Of a stretch of DNA of 64,000 bases, positions 1 through 11,380 are shown in pieces. Under the pieces are notes generated by a model that saw nothing but the letters and a program-made list of their open reading frames with translations, had not been told where the DNA came from and ran no database searches. The position numbers and the translations under genes are program-made. The number at the start of each line of letters is the position of its first letter. Positions within the stretch are counted from its first letter, which is position 1. The stretch comes from Candidatus Atelocyanobacterium thalassae (GTDB lineage Bacteria; Cyanobacteriota; Cyanobacteriia; Cyanobacteriales; Microcystaceae), in NCBI GenBank assembly GCA_051971635.1, contig JBFPLN010000001.1, forward strand, positions 256,001 through 320,000. The letters run 5' to 3'.

Positions 1-20
1 ATAGTATTATTAATGAATTA

Positions 21-52
21 CGGCGAAGCTTGTCTATATGAATGCTTCGCCG
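21..52 (-). terminator. Probable intrinsic terminator of rpmI-rplT
   Basis: GC-rich 9-bp stem CGGCGAAGC/GCTTCGCCG about 50 nt past the rplT stop. Confidence 0.6.
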
Positions 53-103
53 ATATGAATCTATTCAGAAACATTCTTGACCTTTCATTCAATGGATTCT
101 TAA

Positions 104-457
104 TTACTTGATAGTTTTGGCGGCTTCTACCACTTCAGTAAATGCTTCAGAATCAACAATTGCTAAATGAGCTAACATTTTTCGATTAATGTTAATACTA
201 GATTTTTTCATAAGGCCAACTAATTTGCTGTAACTTATTCCATTTTGTCTAGCAGCTGCATTAATGCGTGTAATCCATAATCTACGAAAGTCTCGTTTAC
301 GCTTACGGCGATCTCTATAAGCATTTCGTAAAGCTTTCATCACCTGCTGATTAGCAATACGAAATAACCGAGAATGACTTCCTCTAAATCCTTTGGCAAG
401 TTTAAGAATTTTTTTCCGACGCTTACGGGCAACATTGCCCCGTTTTACCCTTGTCAT
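104..457 (-). CDS. rplT: 50S ribosomal protein L20
   Basis: MTRVKRG...AKGFRG...[22 protein letters not shown] signature; follows rpmI. Confidence 0.99.
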   Translation of the reverse strand: MTRVKRGNVARKRRKKILKLAKGFRGSHSRLFRIANQQVMKALRNAYRDRRKRKRDFRRLWITRINAAARQNGISYSKLVGLMKKSSININRKMLAHLAIVDSEAFTEVVEAAKTIK

Positions 458-498
458 AGTTCAGCTTTAAGTGTTTTATATATTTGATATCAATTTGT

Positions 499-702
499 TT
501 ATAGATAAGGTAACATCAGCCGAACATTCGCTTCGTCTTGCTCACTTACTAAAGTGCTATGAGATAGACGACGACGTTTTTGTTCAGAACTCTTGTGATT
601 TAACAGATGGTTCTTATAGGCTTTGCGCCTAACAATTTTTTTACCGCTTCCTGTTACCCGAAAACGCTTGGCAGCAGCTTTACGCGTTTTTAGTTTTGGC
701 AT
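499..702 (-). CDS. rpmI: 50S ribosomal protein L35
   Basis: [21 protein letters not shown] signature; rpmI-rplT operon. Confidence 0.99.
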   Translation of the reverse strand: MPKLKTRKAAAKRFRVTGSGKKIVRRKAYKNHLLNHKSSEQKRRRLSHSTLVSEQDEANVRLMLPYL

Positions 703-1026
703 AAATTTCGTAGAATTAAAAGATGCTTAACTAGCATAACATTAACTAATCAATAAACGCAAAAATTCAATAGGAAAATTTTATAAGATACTTTTTATGA
801 TGACTGTAATTTTTTGTATTAGCTGACGACTCTTCACAAAAATCTTATTATTATATTCTTTAACATAAACAATTATAGATACTTATTAAAGCTATGCCTC
901 ATTCATTAATTAAGAATATAAAGTAATTATAGCCAATATTTCAACTTCATTAATTGTTATAATTATAGCTTTACTCTTTAAAATAGAAAAATAGATACTT
1001 TGCAAATTGTTATGACTTGAAATAAG

Positions 1027-1099
1027 TGGAGCTAAGCGGATTCGAACCGCTGACTTTCACAATGCCATTGTGACACTCTACCAACTGAGTTATAGCCCC
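1027..1099 (-). tRNA. trnA-GGC: tRNA-Ala(GGC), CCA not encoded
   Basis: Reverse complement GGGGCTATAACTCAGTTGGTAGAGTGTCACAATGGCATTGTGAAAGTCAGCGGTTCGAATCCGCTTAGCTCCA folds as a cloverleaf; anticodon GGC; G3-U70 alanine identity pair. Confidence 0.97.
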
Positions 1100-1296
1100 T
1101 TTTGTGATTTGTACTATATTTGTGAGTTAATTTAACTCCAGTACTAATAATGCAATGATTAGTACTATTTCGTCAAGCACCTAATCCCAAAATTCATGTA
1201 GAATTCCAATATCATATTGTATTGATAATAAAATTAATCTATCATACTTCTAAACTAGAATGTTAGATAACAATTACAAAAAAATCATATAAAAAA

Positions 1297-1929
1297 ATGG
1301 CATCTTATGTAACCTCGTCTGCCAGAGCAGAAATGAGTGAATTAAGGCGTTTGAGGACGCTATTACCGCTTGAATTACAAAACTGGGTCATGATAGAAGG
1401 GAGTACCGAAATTAATCCTCCTCTTATTCGATGTGAAGAACTCGGAAGAGATGAGGTTGAAATTCAGGTTGATTTAGCTAAATGGGAAAGCCTAGCTATA
1501 GATCAGCGAAACTTATTATTCTGGCAAGCAGTTGCTCGTATTCAAAATGATACTATCCCTCGAGAGGGATGGGAAATGGCAGCTTTAGCTATTGGACTAG
1601 GAGGAGCTGTAGGCGAACTCTGGGTTCAAGATGCTTTATTACTTATTCTAGCTATAGGTCTATGTGGTATTTCTGGTTATAGATTATGGCAAAAAAATAA
1701 TGGGGGACGTAAACTCAAAGAATCTATCGAAGCAGATGAAAAAGCAATAGTTTTAGCAACACGCTTTGACTATACACTCCAGAACGCTTATAAAAGTTTA
1801 GGTAGTGCTTTTAAAACACTTATTGAACAAACTCCGAACCGTCGTCAGCGGAAAGAATATGAATCACGACTACAAGCTTTAAGACGTAGTGCAAGTAAAG
1901 CGAAAGAAAAAATGCAAAGAGAAAAATAA
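1297..1929 (+). CDS. Conserved cyanobacterial membrane protein (DUF3318-like)
   Basis: 210-aa ORF with GWEMAALAIGLGGAVGELWVQD hydrophobic segment recognised from this family. Confidence 0.8.
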   Translation: MASYVTSSARAEMSELRRLRTLLPLELQNWVMIEGSTEINPPLIRCEELGRDEVEIQVDLAKWESLAIDQRNLLFWQAVARIQNDTIPREGWEMAALAIGLGGAVGELWVQDALLLILAIGLCGISGYRLWQKNNGGRKLKESIEADEKAIVLATRFDYTLQNAYKSLGSAFKTLIEQTPNRRQRKEYESRLQALRRSASKAKEKMQREK

Positions 1930-2028
1930 TGATAATAAATTAATTTTTAATTAGTATAGTTAATAGAATCTTAAATAGTAGAGTTAGTAAATCTGAATTA
2001 AAAATTATTGATTTATTTTAGTGCAGTT

Positions 2029-2082
2029 ATTTAAAAAGAAAGAGGGACAATTTATATAAATTGTCCCTCTTTCTTTTTAAAT
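2029..2082. repeat. Perfect 54-bp palindrome (27-bp arms, no spacer); probable bidirectional terminator
   Basis: ATTTAAAAAGAAAGAGGGACAATTTAT followed directly by its reverse complement, between convergent genes. Confidence 0.9.
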
Positions 2083-2161
2083 TTCTCTTAATAACTTTTA
2101 TAGTTTCTAAAAATAAGAAGCAAGAACACCGTCATATAAATGGCATCTTGTAAAGGATTAA

Positions 2162-3583
2162 TTACACATCATAATAAAGAGCAAATTCGTAAGGATGAGG
2201 ACGTAGACGCATAGGCTGAATTTCATTATCAAATTTATATTGAACCCAATTAGTAATGAAATCTTCTGTGAACACACCACTACTAGTCAAAAATTCATGA
2301 TCCTTTTCTAAACTTTCTAATGCTTTCTCAAGAGAAGGAGGTGTGGAAGGAATTTTATTCATTTCTTCAGGAGATAAATCATATATATCAATATCCAAAG
2401 AATGTCCCGGATCAATTTTATTTTTTACGCCATCAATTCCTGCGCATAGAATAGCTGAAAAACCTAAGTAAGGGTTACATGTTGCATCAGGACAACGAAA
2501 TTCTAGTCTTTTCGCTCTAGGATCAGGACCTGATATAGGAATACGAATGGATGCAGAACGATTTCCTTGAGAATAAGCAAGATTTACAGGAGCTTCAAAC
2601 CCAGGTACAAGACGTTTATAGGAGTTCGTAGTAGGATTAGTTATGGCTAAAAGTGCAGGAGCATGCTTTAAAATACCACCAATGTAATGTAATGCAGTTT
2701 CACTTAAATTTGCATAGCCATCGCCCCAAAAAAGAGGCTTTCCTTCTTTCCATATTGAATGATGAGCATGCATCCCTGAACCGTTATCATTAAATAAGGG
2801 CTTAGGCATAAATGTTACCGTTTTTCCATATTTTCTAGCTACATTTTTAATAACATACTTATAGATCATTAGATAATCTGCTGCTTCAATTAAAGGAGCA
2901 AATCGAAATCCTAATTCGTTTTGTCCCCCTGTAGCAACTTCATGATGGTGTTGCTCAATGGGAACACCACACTTTGCCATAGTTAATAGCATTTCTGTTC
3001 TCATGTCTTGCATAGTATCAGTTGGAGCAACAGGAAAATATGCTTGTTTGTAACTTGGCTTATAGCCTAAGTTACCTCCCTCTTCTTTTTTCCCTGTATT
3101 CCAGCGTCCTTCTATACTGTCAATATAGTAATAGGCTTGGTTCTCAGTTTGGTCAAAACGTATATCATCAAAAACAAAAAATTCTGCTTCTGGTCCAAAA
3201 TATGCAGTATCTCCAATACCTGTATCTTTTAGATAATTCACTGCTTTTTGGGCAATTGTACGAGGATCTCGACTATACCAATCTCCAGTGCGCGGTTCTT
3301 TAATTCCGCATGTAAGACTTAATGTTGGTTCTTTATAAAATGGATCAATCCAAGCTGTCTTTGGATCAGGAACCATACACATATCAGATTCATTAATGGT
3401 TTTCCAACCTCTAATGCTGGAGCCATCAAAAGGGACTCCTTCACTAAAAGAGTTTTCGTTAATTTGATTATGATAAAAAGAACAGTGTTGCCAAGTTCCA
3501 GGCATATCAATGAATTTAAGATCAATAATTTTAATATTTTGATCTTGCACCATTTTCAAGATTTCTTGAGCTGTTTGGGCCAT
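2162..3583 (-). CDS. glnA: Glutamine synthetase type I
   Basis: [45 protein letters not shown] and RLEFRCPD motifs; 473 aa; AGGAG ribosome-binding site upstream. Confidence 0.99.
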   Translation of the reverse strand: MAQTAQEILKMVQDQNIKIIDLKFIDMPGTWQHCSFYHNQINENSFSEGVPFDGSSIRGWKTINESDMCMVPDPKTAWIDPFYKEPTLSLTCGIKEPRTGDWYSRDPRTIAQKAVNYLKDTGIGDTAYFGPEAEFFVFDDIRFDQTENQAYYYIDSIEGRWNTGKKEEGGNLGYKPSYKQAYFPVAPTDTMQDMRTEMLLTMAKCGVPIEQHHHEVATGGQNELGFRFAPLIEAADYLMIYKYVIKNVARKYGKTVTFMPKPLFNDNGSGMHAHHSIWKEGKPLFWGDGYANLSETALHYIGGILKHAPALLAITNPTTNSYKRLVPGFEAPVNLAYSQGNRSASIRIPISGPDPRAKRLEFRCPDATCNPYLGFSAILCAGIDGVKNKIDPGHSLDIDIYDLSPEEMNKIPSTPPSLEKALESLEKDHEFLTSSGVFTEDFITNWVQYKFDNEIQPMRLRPHPYEFALYYDV

Positions 3584-3855
3584 GTAAAACTCCTTAGAAT
3601 ACTAAAATATATACAGTAGCTTGATATGAGGTTTCGAACAACTGATAATACTGAGAGCTTTTTAAAGATTTTATGCAATCTGGTATTTGTCAGAGTTATT
3701 AAACTTATAGATAATATTAAATTGTGACAAAAATAAGAAAAAAAACCTATTTTCGTCCCATATGCCATATCTCTAAACTTAGAAAAAGTAGTTTAATCTA
3801 ATTAGATTAGCGATATAGTACAATTTGAAATAAGTTTATTGAATGTCTTTTATTA

Positions 3856-4533
3856 ATGCAGGTTTTATTCCAATTCAAATCCATTATTCGGCTTATTTCA
3901 ATCATATCTTTGAAACATTTCAAATATGATGTTAAACATTTCCTTACAAAAAAGCAATGGCAAAGTGTGATTGTTTATTTACTAGTATCTATAATAATTA
4001 CTTTTATGCTTGCTTGGAACTGGGAATTAATTTGTGCAACCTTGATAGGTATTAGCTTAATGATATTTATACAGAAAGCCCAAAATAAAAACTTTCAAAA
4101 CATTGTATTAAATTCGTATACATTCTTTAATAGCCCTAAAGGTAAATTAACTTTAGCTGCTATAGGTGGTTGTTTAGGAATACTTGGAAGCTATATAACT
4201 TTATCTATGTTATCTAGTATTAAAAATCGTTGGTTAGCGAGTGAACTAATTTTCCAAAATATAGGAATTTGTACAATATTGGCAATTCTTTTTTTACAAT
4301 TATTTGGTTTATCAGAGAAAAAACAAAATACTGAATATAAAAGATTAGTGTCTCAATTGACTGAAACCAATCCTTTAAAACGTTTAATTGCTGTACAGAA
4401 CATATCCTACTTACTTAAAAGGAAACAATTAACCACCAGTCAAGAGGAAGAAATATTAGAATACTTCGGAATTATTTTAAATCAAGAAGAAGAAATAATT
4501 ATTCGCCAAAATATCTTGAAAAGCTTATCTTAG
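3856..4533 (+). CDS. Hypothetical membrane protein
   Basis: 225-aa ORF with about four hydrophobic segments and a C-terminal HEAT-like element (NPLKRLIAV); start codon uncertain. Confidence 0.65.
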   Translation: MQVLFQFKSIIRLISIISLKHFKYDVKHFLTKKQWQSVIVYLLVSIIITFMLAWNWELICATLIGISLMIFIQKAQNKNFQNIVLNSYTFFNSPKGKLTLAAIGGCLGILGSYITLSMLSSIKNRWLASELIFQNIGICTILAILFLQLFGLSEKKQNTEYKRLVSQLTETNPLKRLIAVQNISYLLKRKQLTTSQEEEILEYFGIILNQEEEIIIRQNILKSLS

Positions 4534-4542
4534 GTCGGGTTT

Positions 4543-5226
4543 TTAAAGTTGTTTTGCAAAATGGTTAAGTTGTTTAAGATTAGTTAACGATAAGACTTGG
4601 TGGATAGTATTTATTTCAATACAACCTTGGTTCTGTAGCCGTATCATAATGTCCTGACATTCTTCATGAGAGATATTGGCAACGTCAGCTAGATCCTGAT
4701 TATTAATCTGTAAGATTTCTAATCCTTCGGCAGTTAATTTACCATAAGTTTCGGCAAATCTAATTAAGGTTTTAATTAATCTTATTTTTGGCTTTTGTTG
4801 GCGTAATTGAAATCGGCGATATAAATAGCGATATCTTTTAACGCTTAGTTGTAGCATCTTATGATGTACTTGAGGATCCTTAAATAGCATTTGTAAAAAG
4901 CGCTGAGCCGAAATACTTATCAAGTGAACTTTAGATAGAGCGATAACATCTATACATTTCAGAGGTTCGTCAAGTATCTCCATTTCTCCCCAAAAATCTC
5001 CTTTACTGAGAATTTCCAAAGTTAGCTCTTGGTTAGAATCGCGAGAACGGACTTTGACCCAACCAGAAACTATAAAGCAGATTGCTTTTCCACAGTCATT
5101 TTCCTTTATAACTTCTTCACTTTGGACATAGTGTTCTTCATCGGCGACGGATAATATCCATTCTATAGTTTCTGGACTTGCTACACTAAATAGGGGGAAT
5201 AGCTCTATGATTGCTTGAGTTTCCAT
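4543..5226 (-). CDS. Crp/Fnr family transcriptional regulator
   Basis: cNMP-binding fold motifs (IVSGWVKV, GDFWGEM) and C-terminal HTH (NQDLADVANIS). Confidence 0.9.
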   Translation of the reverse strand: METQAIIELFPLFSVASPETIEWILSVADEEHYVQSEEVIKENDCGKAICFIVSGWVKVRSRDSNQELTLEILSKGDFWGEMEILDEPLKCIDVIALSKVHLISISAQRFLQMLFKDPQVHHKMLQLSVKRYRYLYRRFQLRQQKPKIRLIKTLIRFAETYGKLTAEGLEILQINNQDLADVANISHEECQDIMIRLQNQGCIEINTIHQVLSLTNLKQLNHFAKQL

Positions 5227-5589
5227 TAAAGGTGCTTTAAGATGGCACTAAATAAAAGGTTAAGAGGTGTTAATTGATTGATTTTATCTTTTTGTTTCAA
5301 TCTTTTAATCAATGATAAACCCCATAGATACTCTAAGTCTAGAGTCACTAGAATAGTATAGCGAAGAAAATCTAGTAAAATTTAAAAAATATACAGTTTT
5401 TAAAGAAATATTAACTAGATTTATTTTTTAAATAAATGATTCAAAAGTATTGTCTAGTGAATAGTATTAATAAAATACTATGAAAATAATATATTTTTCA
5501 TTCTTTTTATATCTGTAGATGCTAGAATATCGTCTAAATATAATGTTATAAGATAACCTATAAAATTAAGTAGAGATAAATAAATACTC

Positions 5590-6279
5590 ATGATGTTAGA
5601 CCAATTCCGTAATTACTATCCTCAAGGAAGTTTAATTAGTGAGCTAATAACTATTGATCATGGAAAATATATCGTTAGAGTATTAGTTCAAATTAATGGT
5701 GTTATTTTAGGAACAGGTCTAGCTGCAGATAACATAATAGAAACAGCTGAAGATCGTGCTGTAGGTAGAGCCTTAAGAAGTATAGAACTAACAGTTAAAT
5801 CTTCAACTAAGCTTGAAACTGTTATTCATGAGAATAACTTAGACATAAAATCTAAAGATATTCTTCTAAATTCCTCAGAAAAACTAATAAAATCTTCAAA
5901 TATAGAAAAGAATAAGCAAGGTAGTGATAACTTTTTTGAACCAGATCTTAAAGCTTTAGCTGAAATAGAAGAATATGATCAAGAAGTTGCCAATTTTGAA
6001 GTGACTGACAAAATAAGCAACTTAAAAGAAGACGATATCTCTTCCTCTCATCTTAATGAAAATAATATTTCTTTTGAGTCTGAAACAAACGAAGAATCTC
6101 TTGACTTTTCAGAAATTATTGCCCGTTCCAATATAGAATTGAAACGAGTAAAATGGACAACAGAACAAGGTAGAGATTATTTAATCAAAACTTACGGGAA
6201 AAGATCTCGTCAAGTACTTTCTGACAAAGAACTTTTAGATTTTCTCCATTATTTAGAAAATCTTCCAACACCCACCTAG
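5590..6279 (+). CDS. Conserved cyanobacterial hypothetical protein
   Basis: Conserved-looking termini (FRNYYPQGSLISEL; WTTEQGRDYL..TYGKRSR) joined by an acidic low-complexity linker. Confidence 0.8.
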   Translation: MMLDQFRNYYPQGSLISELITIDHGKYIVRVLVQINGVILGTGLAADNIIETAEDRAVGRALRSIELTVKSSTKLETVIHENNLDIKSKDILLNSSEKLIKSSNIEKNKQGSDNFFEPDLKALAEIEEYDQEVANFEVTDKISNLKEDDISSSHLNENNISFESETNEESLDFSEIIARSNIELKRVKWTTEQGRDYLIKTYGKRSRQVLSDKELLDFLHYLENLPTPT

Positions 6280-6292
6280 TTAAATTACTTTC

Positions 6293-6332
6293 TATCAGAT
6301 AGAGGTAAATCATTAAGCACCCCTATCTGATA
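6293..6332. terminator. Hairpin between convergent genes, probable clpP terminator
   Basis: TATCAGATAGAGGT/ACCCCTATCTGATA; the single mismatch is G-U on the minus strand. Confidence 0.6.
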
Positions 6333-6337
6333 AATAT

Positions 6338-6946
6338 TTAAAGAAAAGAACTTGCAGAGTCAGTTGCTGAGGGACCACGACTAATGACTTGGTCAATTAA
6401 TCCATAACTTTTTGCTTCTTCTGAAGACATAAAAAAGTCTCGTTCTGTATCTTCGGCAATTTTGCTTAAAGGCTGTCCAGTATGATCGGCAAGATGATTA
6501 TTGAGAAGACTTTTAAGATAAAGGATTTCTTTAGCTTGTATCTCAATATCTGTAGCTTGTCCTTGAGCGCCGCCTAAAGGCTGATGAATCATGATACGAG
6601 AATTAGGTAAACTCATTCTTTTTCCTTTAGCTCCAGCGCTAAGAAGGAATGCTCCCATACTGGCTGCTAAGCCGATACAAATAGTACATACATCGGGCTG
6701 AATTTGATTCATTGTATCAAAAATTCCTAGTCCAGAAGATACAGAGCCACCAGGAGAATTGATATACAAATAAATATCTTTTTCAGGATCTTCTGCCTCA
6801 AGAAATAATAGCTGAGCTACAATTAAATTGGAATTTTCATCCCTAACTTCTTGTCCCAGAAATACAATGCGTTCTCGTAAAAGACGAGAATAAATATCAA
6901 ATGCGCGTTCACCACGGCCGGAGGTTTCAATAACGGTAGGAATCAT
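6338..6946 (-). CDS. clpP: ATP-dependent Clp protease proteolytic subunit
   Basis: [18 protein letters not shown], catalytic Ser in AASMG and His in MIHQP. Confidence 0.98.
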   Translation of the reverse strand: MIPTVIETSGRGERAFDIYSRLLRERIVFLGQEVRDENSNLIVAQLLFLEAEDPEKDIYLYINSPGGSVSSGLGIFDTMNQIQPDVCTICIGLAASMGAFLLSAGAKGKRMSLPNSRIMIHQPLGGAQGQATDIEIQAKEILYLKSLLNNHLADHTGQPLSKIAEDTERDFFMSSEEAKSYGLIDQVISRGPSATDSASSFL

Positions 6947-7177
6947 GGGGCCTTTTTTTATGTTTGTTATGATCTTAGCGATTTTATCTACACAAGACCA
7001 TAATAAATTATGACGATGTTTAAATTAAATTATTAAAGTTAACAAAAAAAGGTATTTGATAAATTTATAAGATATAAGATTAAATTTATTATGTAATTAC
7101 ATACATTCTATTAAGTATCAGTTTGCTAATGACTTAATCTTAAATTTAATATTTGAATTATTTTTATTAGCTTCCAT

Positions 7178-7594
7178 CTAAAATATCTTTTGGAATGTCT
7201 TTATAGACTCTAGTTGTTGATTTTTTTGCTGTAATTGTATAGCAACAGAGTTACATACTAAATCACATAATGAGAAAACTAATGGATTTGCGATCGCATA
7301 AAATACATTAACACCTTCTTGAGTTCTCGTAACAATACCAGCTTGAGATAATACTTTTAAGTGCTTAGAAACATTAGCTTGTCCTAACTCAGTAATCTCA
7401 ATAATTTGAGAGACATTTTTACCTCCATTTTTTAGCGCGCAAATGATTTGCAACCTGCTAACTTCTGATAAAACCTTAAAAAAGTCTGCAATTATTGTTA
7501 AAACAGCGGGAGATAAATTAGATATTTCTCCTTTTTCCAAGAAATTCATCTTAGGAGTGTATTGGGAGTAGGTCATTTCTAATATACTTTCCAT
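7178..7594 (-). CDS. ArsR/SmtB family transcriptional regulator
   Basis: FKVLSEVSRLQI...QANVSKHLKVL..AGIV winged HTH; true start may be the Met at 7549. Confidence 0.9.
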   Translation of the reverse strand: MESILEMTYSQYTPKMNFLEKGEISNLSPAVLTIIADFFKVLSEVSRLQIICALKNGGKNVSQIIEITELGQANVSKHLKVLSQAGIVTRTQEGVNVFYAIANPLVFSLCDLVCNSVAIQLQQKNQQLESIKTFQKIF

Positions 7595-7723
7595 GGAAGC
7601 AATAAACTGTGTAAATACTTGGCAAGCCCCATTATAGTCTAATTAGTCTCAATTTCCTATATTACCAAATAGTTATTGACTAAGCTAAAAATAGTTATTC
7701 TTTGAATAATCAAGACTAAAATA

Positions 7724-8473
7724 ATGAAGCTATTAGACGATGAGGAAGTAATGAAGTTAGAACAGTTATTAACTAAATATAATTTAGGAGAAAGAGATTT
7801 TCAAAATATATGTTTAAGAGAAGTAGATTTAACAGAGGTTAATCTTCCCAATATTAATTTAGAAGCCGCTGATATGAGACAAAGCCGCTTTGGAAAAAGT
7901 AATTTTAATGAGGCAATATTTAAAAAAGCTGATTTAAGTGAATCTATTATTTGGGGAACTAATTTAAAAAATTCTAATTTGTCTAAAGCTATTTTAAGAG
8001 ATACAGACCTCAGTGGAGCAGAGCTTACTAGTACAAATCTTACAAATGCATATTTATGTAGAGCTAGTTTATGCGGAGCAAATCTAGCAAAAGCAAACTT
8101 ATCATATGCTGTACTATATGAGGTAGATTTACGTCCTCTTTCTAATAGGAGAACTAATTTAGGACAAGCAAATTTAAGTCATACTGATTTATGTTATGCC
8201 AAACTAAGTTCAGCTTTGCTCTTTAGAGCTGATTTATCAGGAGCAAAGCTATGTCGGGCAGAACTAAATCAAGATCCTTATAAGTTTCCGTTCTCAACAG
8301 ATTTAACAGAAGCTAATTTACAAGGAGCGGATTTAAGTTATGCAGACTTAAGCAATGCTATTTTAGTTAATGCTAATTTAAAAAATGCAGACTTAACTGG
8401 TACTAATCTTAAGGGAGCAAAATTGCAAGGAACTATTATGCCAAATGGAAGTACATATAACTTATCCATTTAG
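7724..8473 (+). CDS. Pentapeptide repeat protein
   Basis: Tandem A(D/N)LxX repeats through the ORF; start may be 7751. Confidence 0.92.
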   Translation: MKLLDDEEVMKLEQLLTKYNLGERDFQNICLREVDLTEVNLPNINLEAADMRQSRFGKSNFNEAIFKKADLSESIIWGTNLKNSNLSKAILRDTDLSGAELTSTNLTNAYLCRASLCGANLAKANLSYAVLYEVDLRPLSNRRTNLGQANLSHTDLCYAKLSSALLFRADLSGAKLCRAELNQDPYKFPFSTDLTEANLQGADLSYADLSNAILVNANLKNADLTGTNLKGAKLQGTIMPNGSTYNLSI

Positions 8474-8701
8474 TTTAAGTAAATAATATTTTTTGAGGAT
8501 TGCATAAAATTATTTTTCATAAATTCTCCGTAAGATTTTTTCAAATATTCGAAAAATAATATGATAAAGTCTAAATTTTTAATAAAAGTATCATATGAAC
8601 AAGACAAGTATCATATTAACTTGTCATATTTTTAATCTATTGTAAAATTAAAAGTTGGTGTAAAAAACATTTTGTAGTAAATGTAAATCAGGATAGCTAT
8701 T

Positions 8702-9160
8702 ATGTCTAAACGAGTTCCAATGGTCCTAAACGAGTCTATTAGTAAACTAGGAAAGAGCGGTGATCTAGTAGAAGTTGCCCCAGGATATGCTAGAAACTAC
8801 CTTCTTCCTAAAAAATTAGCTGTTATTGCTACCAATAGCATTCTTAAGCAAGTTGAACAACGTAAGGAAAAAGAAGCTCAAAGACTTTTATTAGTAAAAA
8901 AAGTAGCAGAAGAACAGAAAGTTTCTTTAGAGACAATTAAATGTTTTACCATTAACAAGCAAGTTGGAGAAGGAGAAGCAATTTTCGGAACTGTAACTAA
9001 TCAAGAAGTCGTAGAGATTATACAAAAAACAACTAATCAAGAAATAGATCGCCGAGGTATCAACTTGCCTGAGATTAGTCAAATTGGCTCTTATGAAGCA
9101 ACTATAAAACTTCATCCAGAAGTAATTGCTACTATTGAAATTAAAGTAATACCTTCTTAA
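8702..9160 (+). CDS. rplI: 50S ribosomal protein L9
   Basis: [27 protein letters not shown] and KLHPEV motifs. Confidence 0.98.
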   Translation: MSKRVPMVLNESISKLGKSGDLVEVAPGYARNYLLPKKLAVIATNSILKQVEQRKEKEAQRLLLVKKVAEEQKVSLETIKCFTINKQVGEGEAIFGTVTNQEVVEIIQKTTNQEIDRRGINLPEISQIGSYEATIKLHPEVIATIEIKVIPS

Positions 9161-9523
9161 GAATATATTCTTTAGTTATTAGAGCTTTTTAAAAAGCTGG
9201 CTTAAATCAAGCAAGTATATAAAAGCTTCAGTATAATACTCTAAAATCTTGTAGCACTTAATTTTACCCTAAAGATTACTCATAATTATTTAAAAAATCA
9301 TTTAACTTTCTTTATTGAGAATATTCTAAATGAGAAAATTATTAACTACTTTTTGTTCTTTTACAAATTACTAAATAAAATTGTTTCTAAGGGTTAAATT
9401 GAAAATAATATTTTTCATTTTAGTCAATTCTTGCTTATTTATTTGAATAGGGAATTAAAAGTTACTTAGGTTTCTAAAATAACTTTATTTTTATTAAATA
9501 AAATATTTAAAGAATAATCTTAT

Positions 9524-9610
9524 TTAAATTTTAAAGCTACTAATTTTGACCTTTAGATTTATTTTAACAATATAAATCTAAAGGTCAAAATTAGTAGCTT
9601 TAAAATTTAA
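9524..9610. repeat. Perfect inverted repeat, 39-bp arms, 9-nt spacer
   Basis: TTAAATTTTAAAGCTACTAATTTTGACCTTTAGATTTAT (9524-9562) and its exact reverse complement (9572-9610). Confidence 0.92.
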
Positions 9611-9777
9611 CCATATGGGTAGAGAATATATTAAGACTTAAAATTTGACATTGGAAAGAAGCTACTGATGAATTACACAGTTTATTATTATCAAAGCTTA
9701 ATTTTGTGTAATAACTTCGCTTCCTTCAGAAAAGTTTTAGTTAGACTGAAAACTATTGAGGAGGCAAAGTAAAGCTT

Positions 9778-11307
9778 ATGGTAACATTATTAGAAAATCC
9801 ATTTCGCATTGGACTACGCCAAGAGAGAAACCCACAACCCTTAATACTAGTAATTTTTGGTGCATCTGGTGATTTAACCCAGCGTAAACTTGTTCCTGCA
9901 CTCTACAAAATGAAACAGGAACGAAGATTACCTCCAGAGTTAACTATAGTAGGGGTTGCTCGTCGGGATTGGAGTCACGATTATTTTAGAGAGAAGATGC
10001 TGGAAGGAATTGAAGAATTCTCTGATGGCATTGGGAATAAAGAATTGTGGGATGATTTTGCTGAAGGTCTATATTATTGTTCAGGTAATATGGATGAACC
10101 AGAAAGTTATCAAAAATTAAAAACTTTCTTAAAAGAGTTAGATAACAAGAGAGGTACTAGAGGCAATCGCGTATTTTATTTATCTGTTTCTCCTAGCTTC
10201 TTTCCACCTGGTATTAAGCAATTAGGTGCAGCCGGGATGTTAAATGATCCTTTAAAGCATAGAATTGTTATTGAAAAGCCTTTTGGTAAAGACTTAAGTT
10301 CAGCTAAAGTCCTAAATCGTATAGTCCAAAATGTTTGTAAAGAAGAACAAGTCTATCGAATTGATCATTACCTAGGAAAGGAAACTGTACAAAATTTATT
10401 AGTTTTTCGTTTTGCTAATGCAATTTTTGAACCTTTATGGAATCGCCAATTCGTAGATCATGTTCAAATTACAGTAGCTGAAACTGTTGGAGTAGAAGAT
10501 AGGGCAGGTTATTATGATACTTCTGGAGCTTTGCGAGATATGTTACAAAACCATCTCATGCAGCTCTTCTGTTTAACTGCCATGGAGCCTCCTAATGCTT
10601 TAAATGCTGATAGTATACGTAATGAAAAAGTTAAAGTGCTACAAGCAACTAACTTAGCTGATACTCATAATTTAGAGAATTCAGCTATTCGTGGACAATA
10701 CAAAGCAGGTTGGATGAAAGGCAAGCCTGTTCCAGGATATTTAGAAGAATCAGGAGTTCCTTTAAATTCTTCAACACCTACCTATGTAGCCATGAAACTA
10801 ATGGTAGATAATTGGAGATGGAAGGGAGTACCTTTTTACCTCAGAACTGGGAAAAGATTACCTAAAAAGGTAACTGAAATATCTATTCAATTTAAAGATG
10901 TACCATTTCTTATTTTTCAATCAGCAGCTTACCAAACGAATCCTAATATTCTAAGTATGCGTATTCAACCGAATGAAGGTATAGCTCTGAAATTTGAAGC
11001 AAAGATGCCAGGTTCGGAACTCCGTACTCGTTCAGTAGAAATGGATTTTAATTACGGCTCTTCATTCGGTATGACCACATCAGATGCATATCATCGTCTT
11101 TTATTAGATGCCATGCTAGGAGATCAGACTTTATTTACTCGTGCTGACGAGGTTGAAGAGGCATGGCGTGTTGTTAGCCCTGTTCTTTCTGTATGGGATA
11201 GTCCAGCTGAGCCTAACAGCGTTCCTCAGTATGAAGCTGGAACATGGGAACCTACAGAAGCAGAATTGTTAATGAATCGTGATGGTCGTCGTTGGCGACG
11301 CTTGTAA
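9778..11307 (+). CDS. zwf: Glucose-6-phosphate 1-dehydrogenase
   Basis: [21 protein letters not shown] and PFYLRTGK motifs; GAGGAGG ribosome-binding site upstream. Confidence 0.99.
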   Translation: MVTLLENPFRIGLRQERNPQPLILVIFGASGDLTQRKLVPALYKMKQERRLPPELTIVGVARRDWSHDYFREKMLEGIEEFSDGIGNKELWDDFAEGLYYCSGNMDEPESYQKLKTFLKELDNKRGTRGNRVFYLSVSPSFFPPGIKQLGAAGMLNDPLKHRIVIEKPFGKDLSSAKVLNRIVQNVCKEEQVYRIDHYLGKETVQNLLVFRFANAIFEPLWNRQFVDHVQITVAETVGVEDRAGYYDTSGALRDMLQNHLMQLFCLTAMEPPNALNADSIRNEKVKVLQATNLADTHNLENSAIRGQYKAGWMKGKPVPGYLEESGVPLNSSTPTYVAMKLMVDNWRWKGVPFYLRTGKRLPKKVTEISIQFKDVPFLIFQSAAYQTNPNILSMRIQPNEGIALKFEAKMPGSELRTRSVEMDFNYGSSFGMTTSDAYHRLLLDAMLGDQTLFTRADEVEEAWRVVSPVLSVWDSPAEPNSVPQYEAGTWEPTEAELLMNRDGRRWRRL

Positions 11308-11380
11308 TAGAAATTAGGAATTTTTCCTGCTTAGTTGATTTCTTACCCAACCAATAACTTCCTCCCATAACAGAACAATT

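Noticed and set aside
3022..3768. Track ORFs 3022-3303, 3319-3525 and 3556-3768
   Set aside because: They overlap glnA in other frames or its promoter and show no recognisable motifs
7724..8473. Internal DNA repeats as a repeat element
   Set aside because: Explained by pentapeptide protein periodicity
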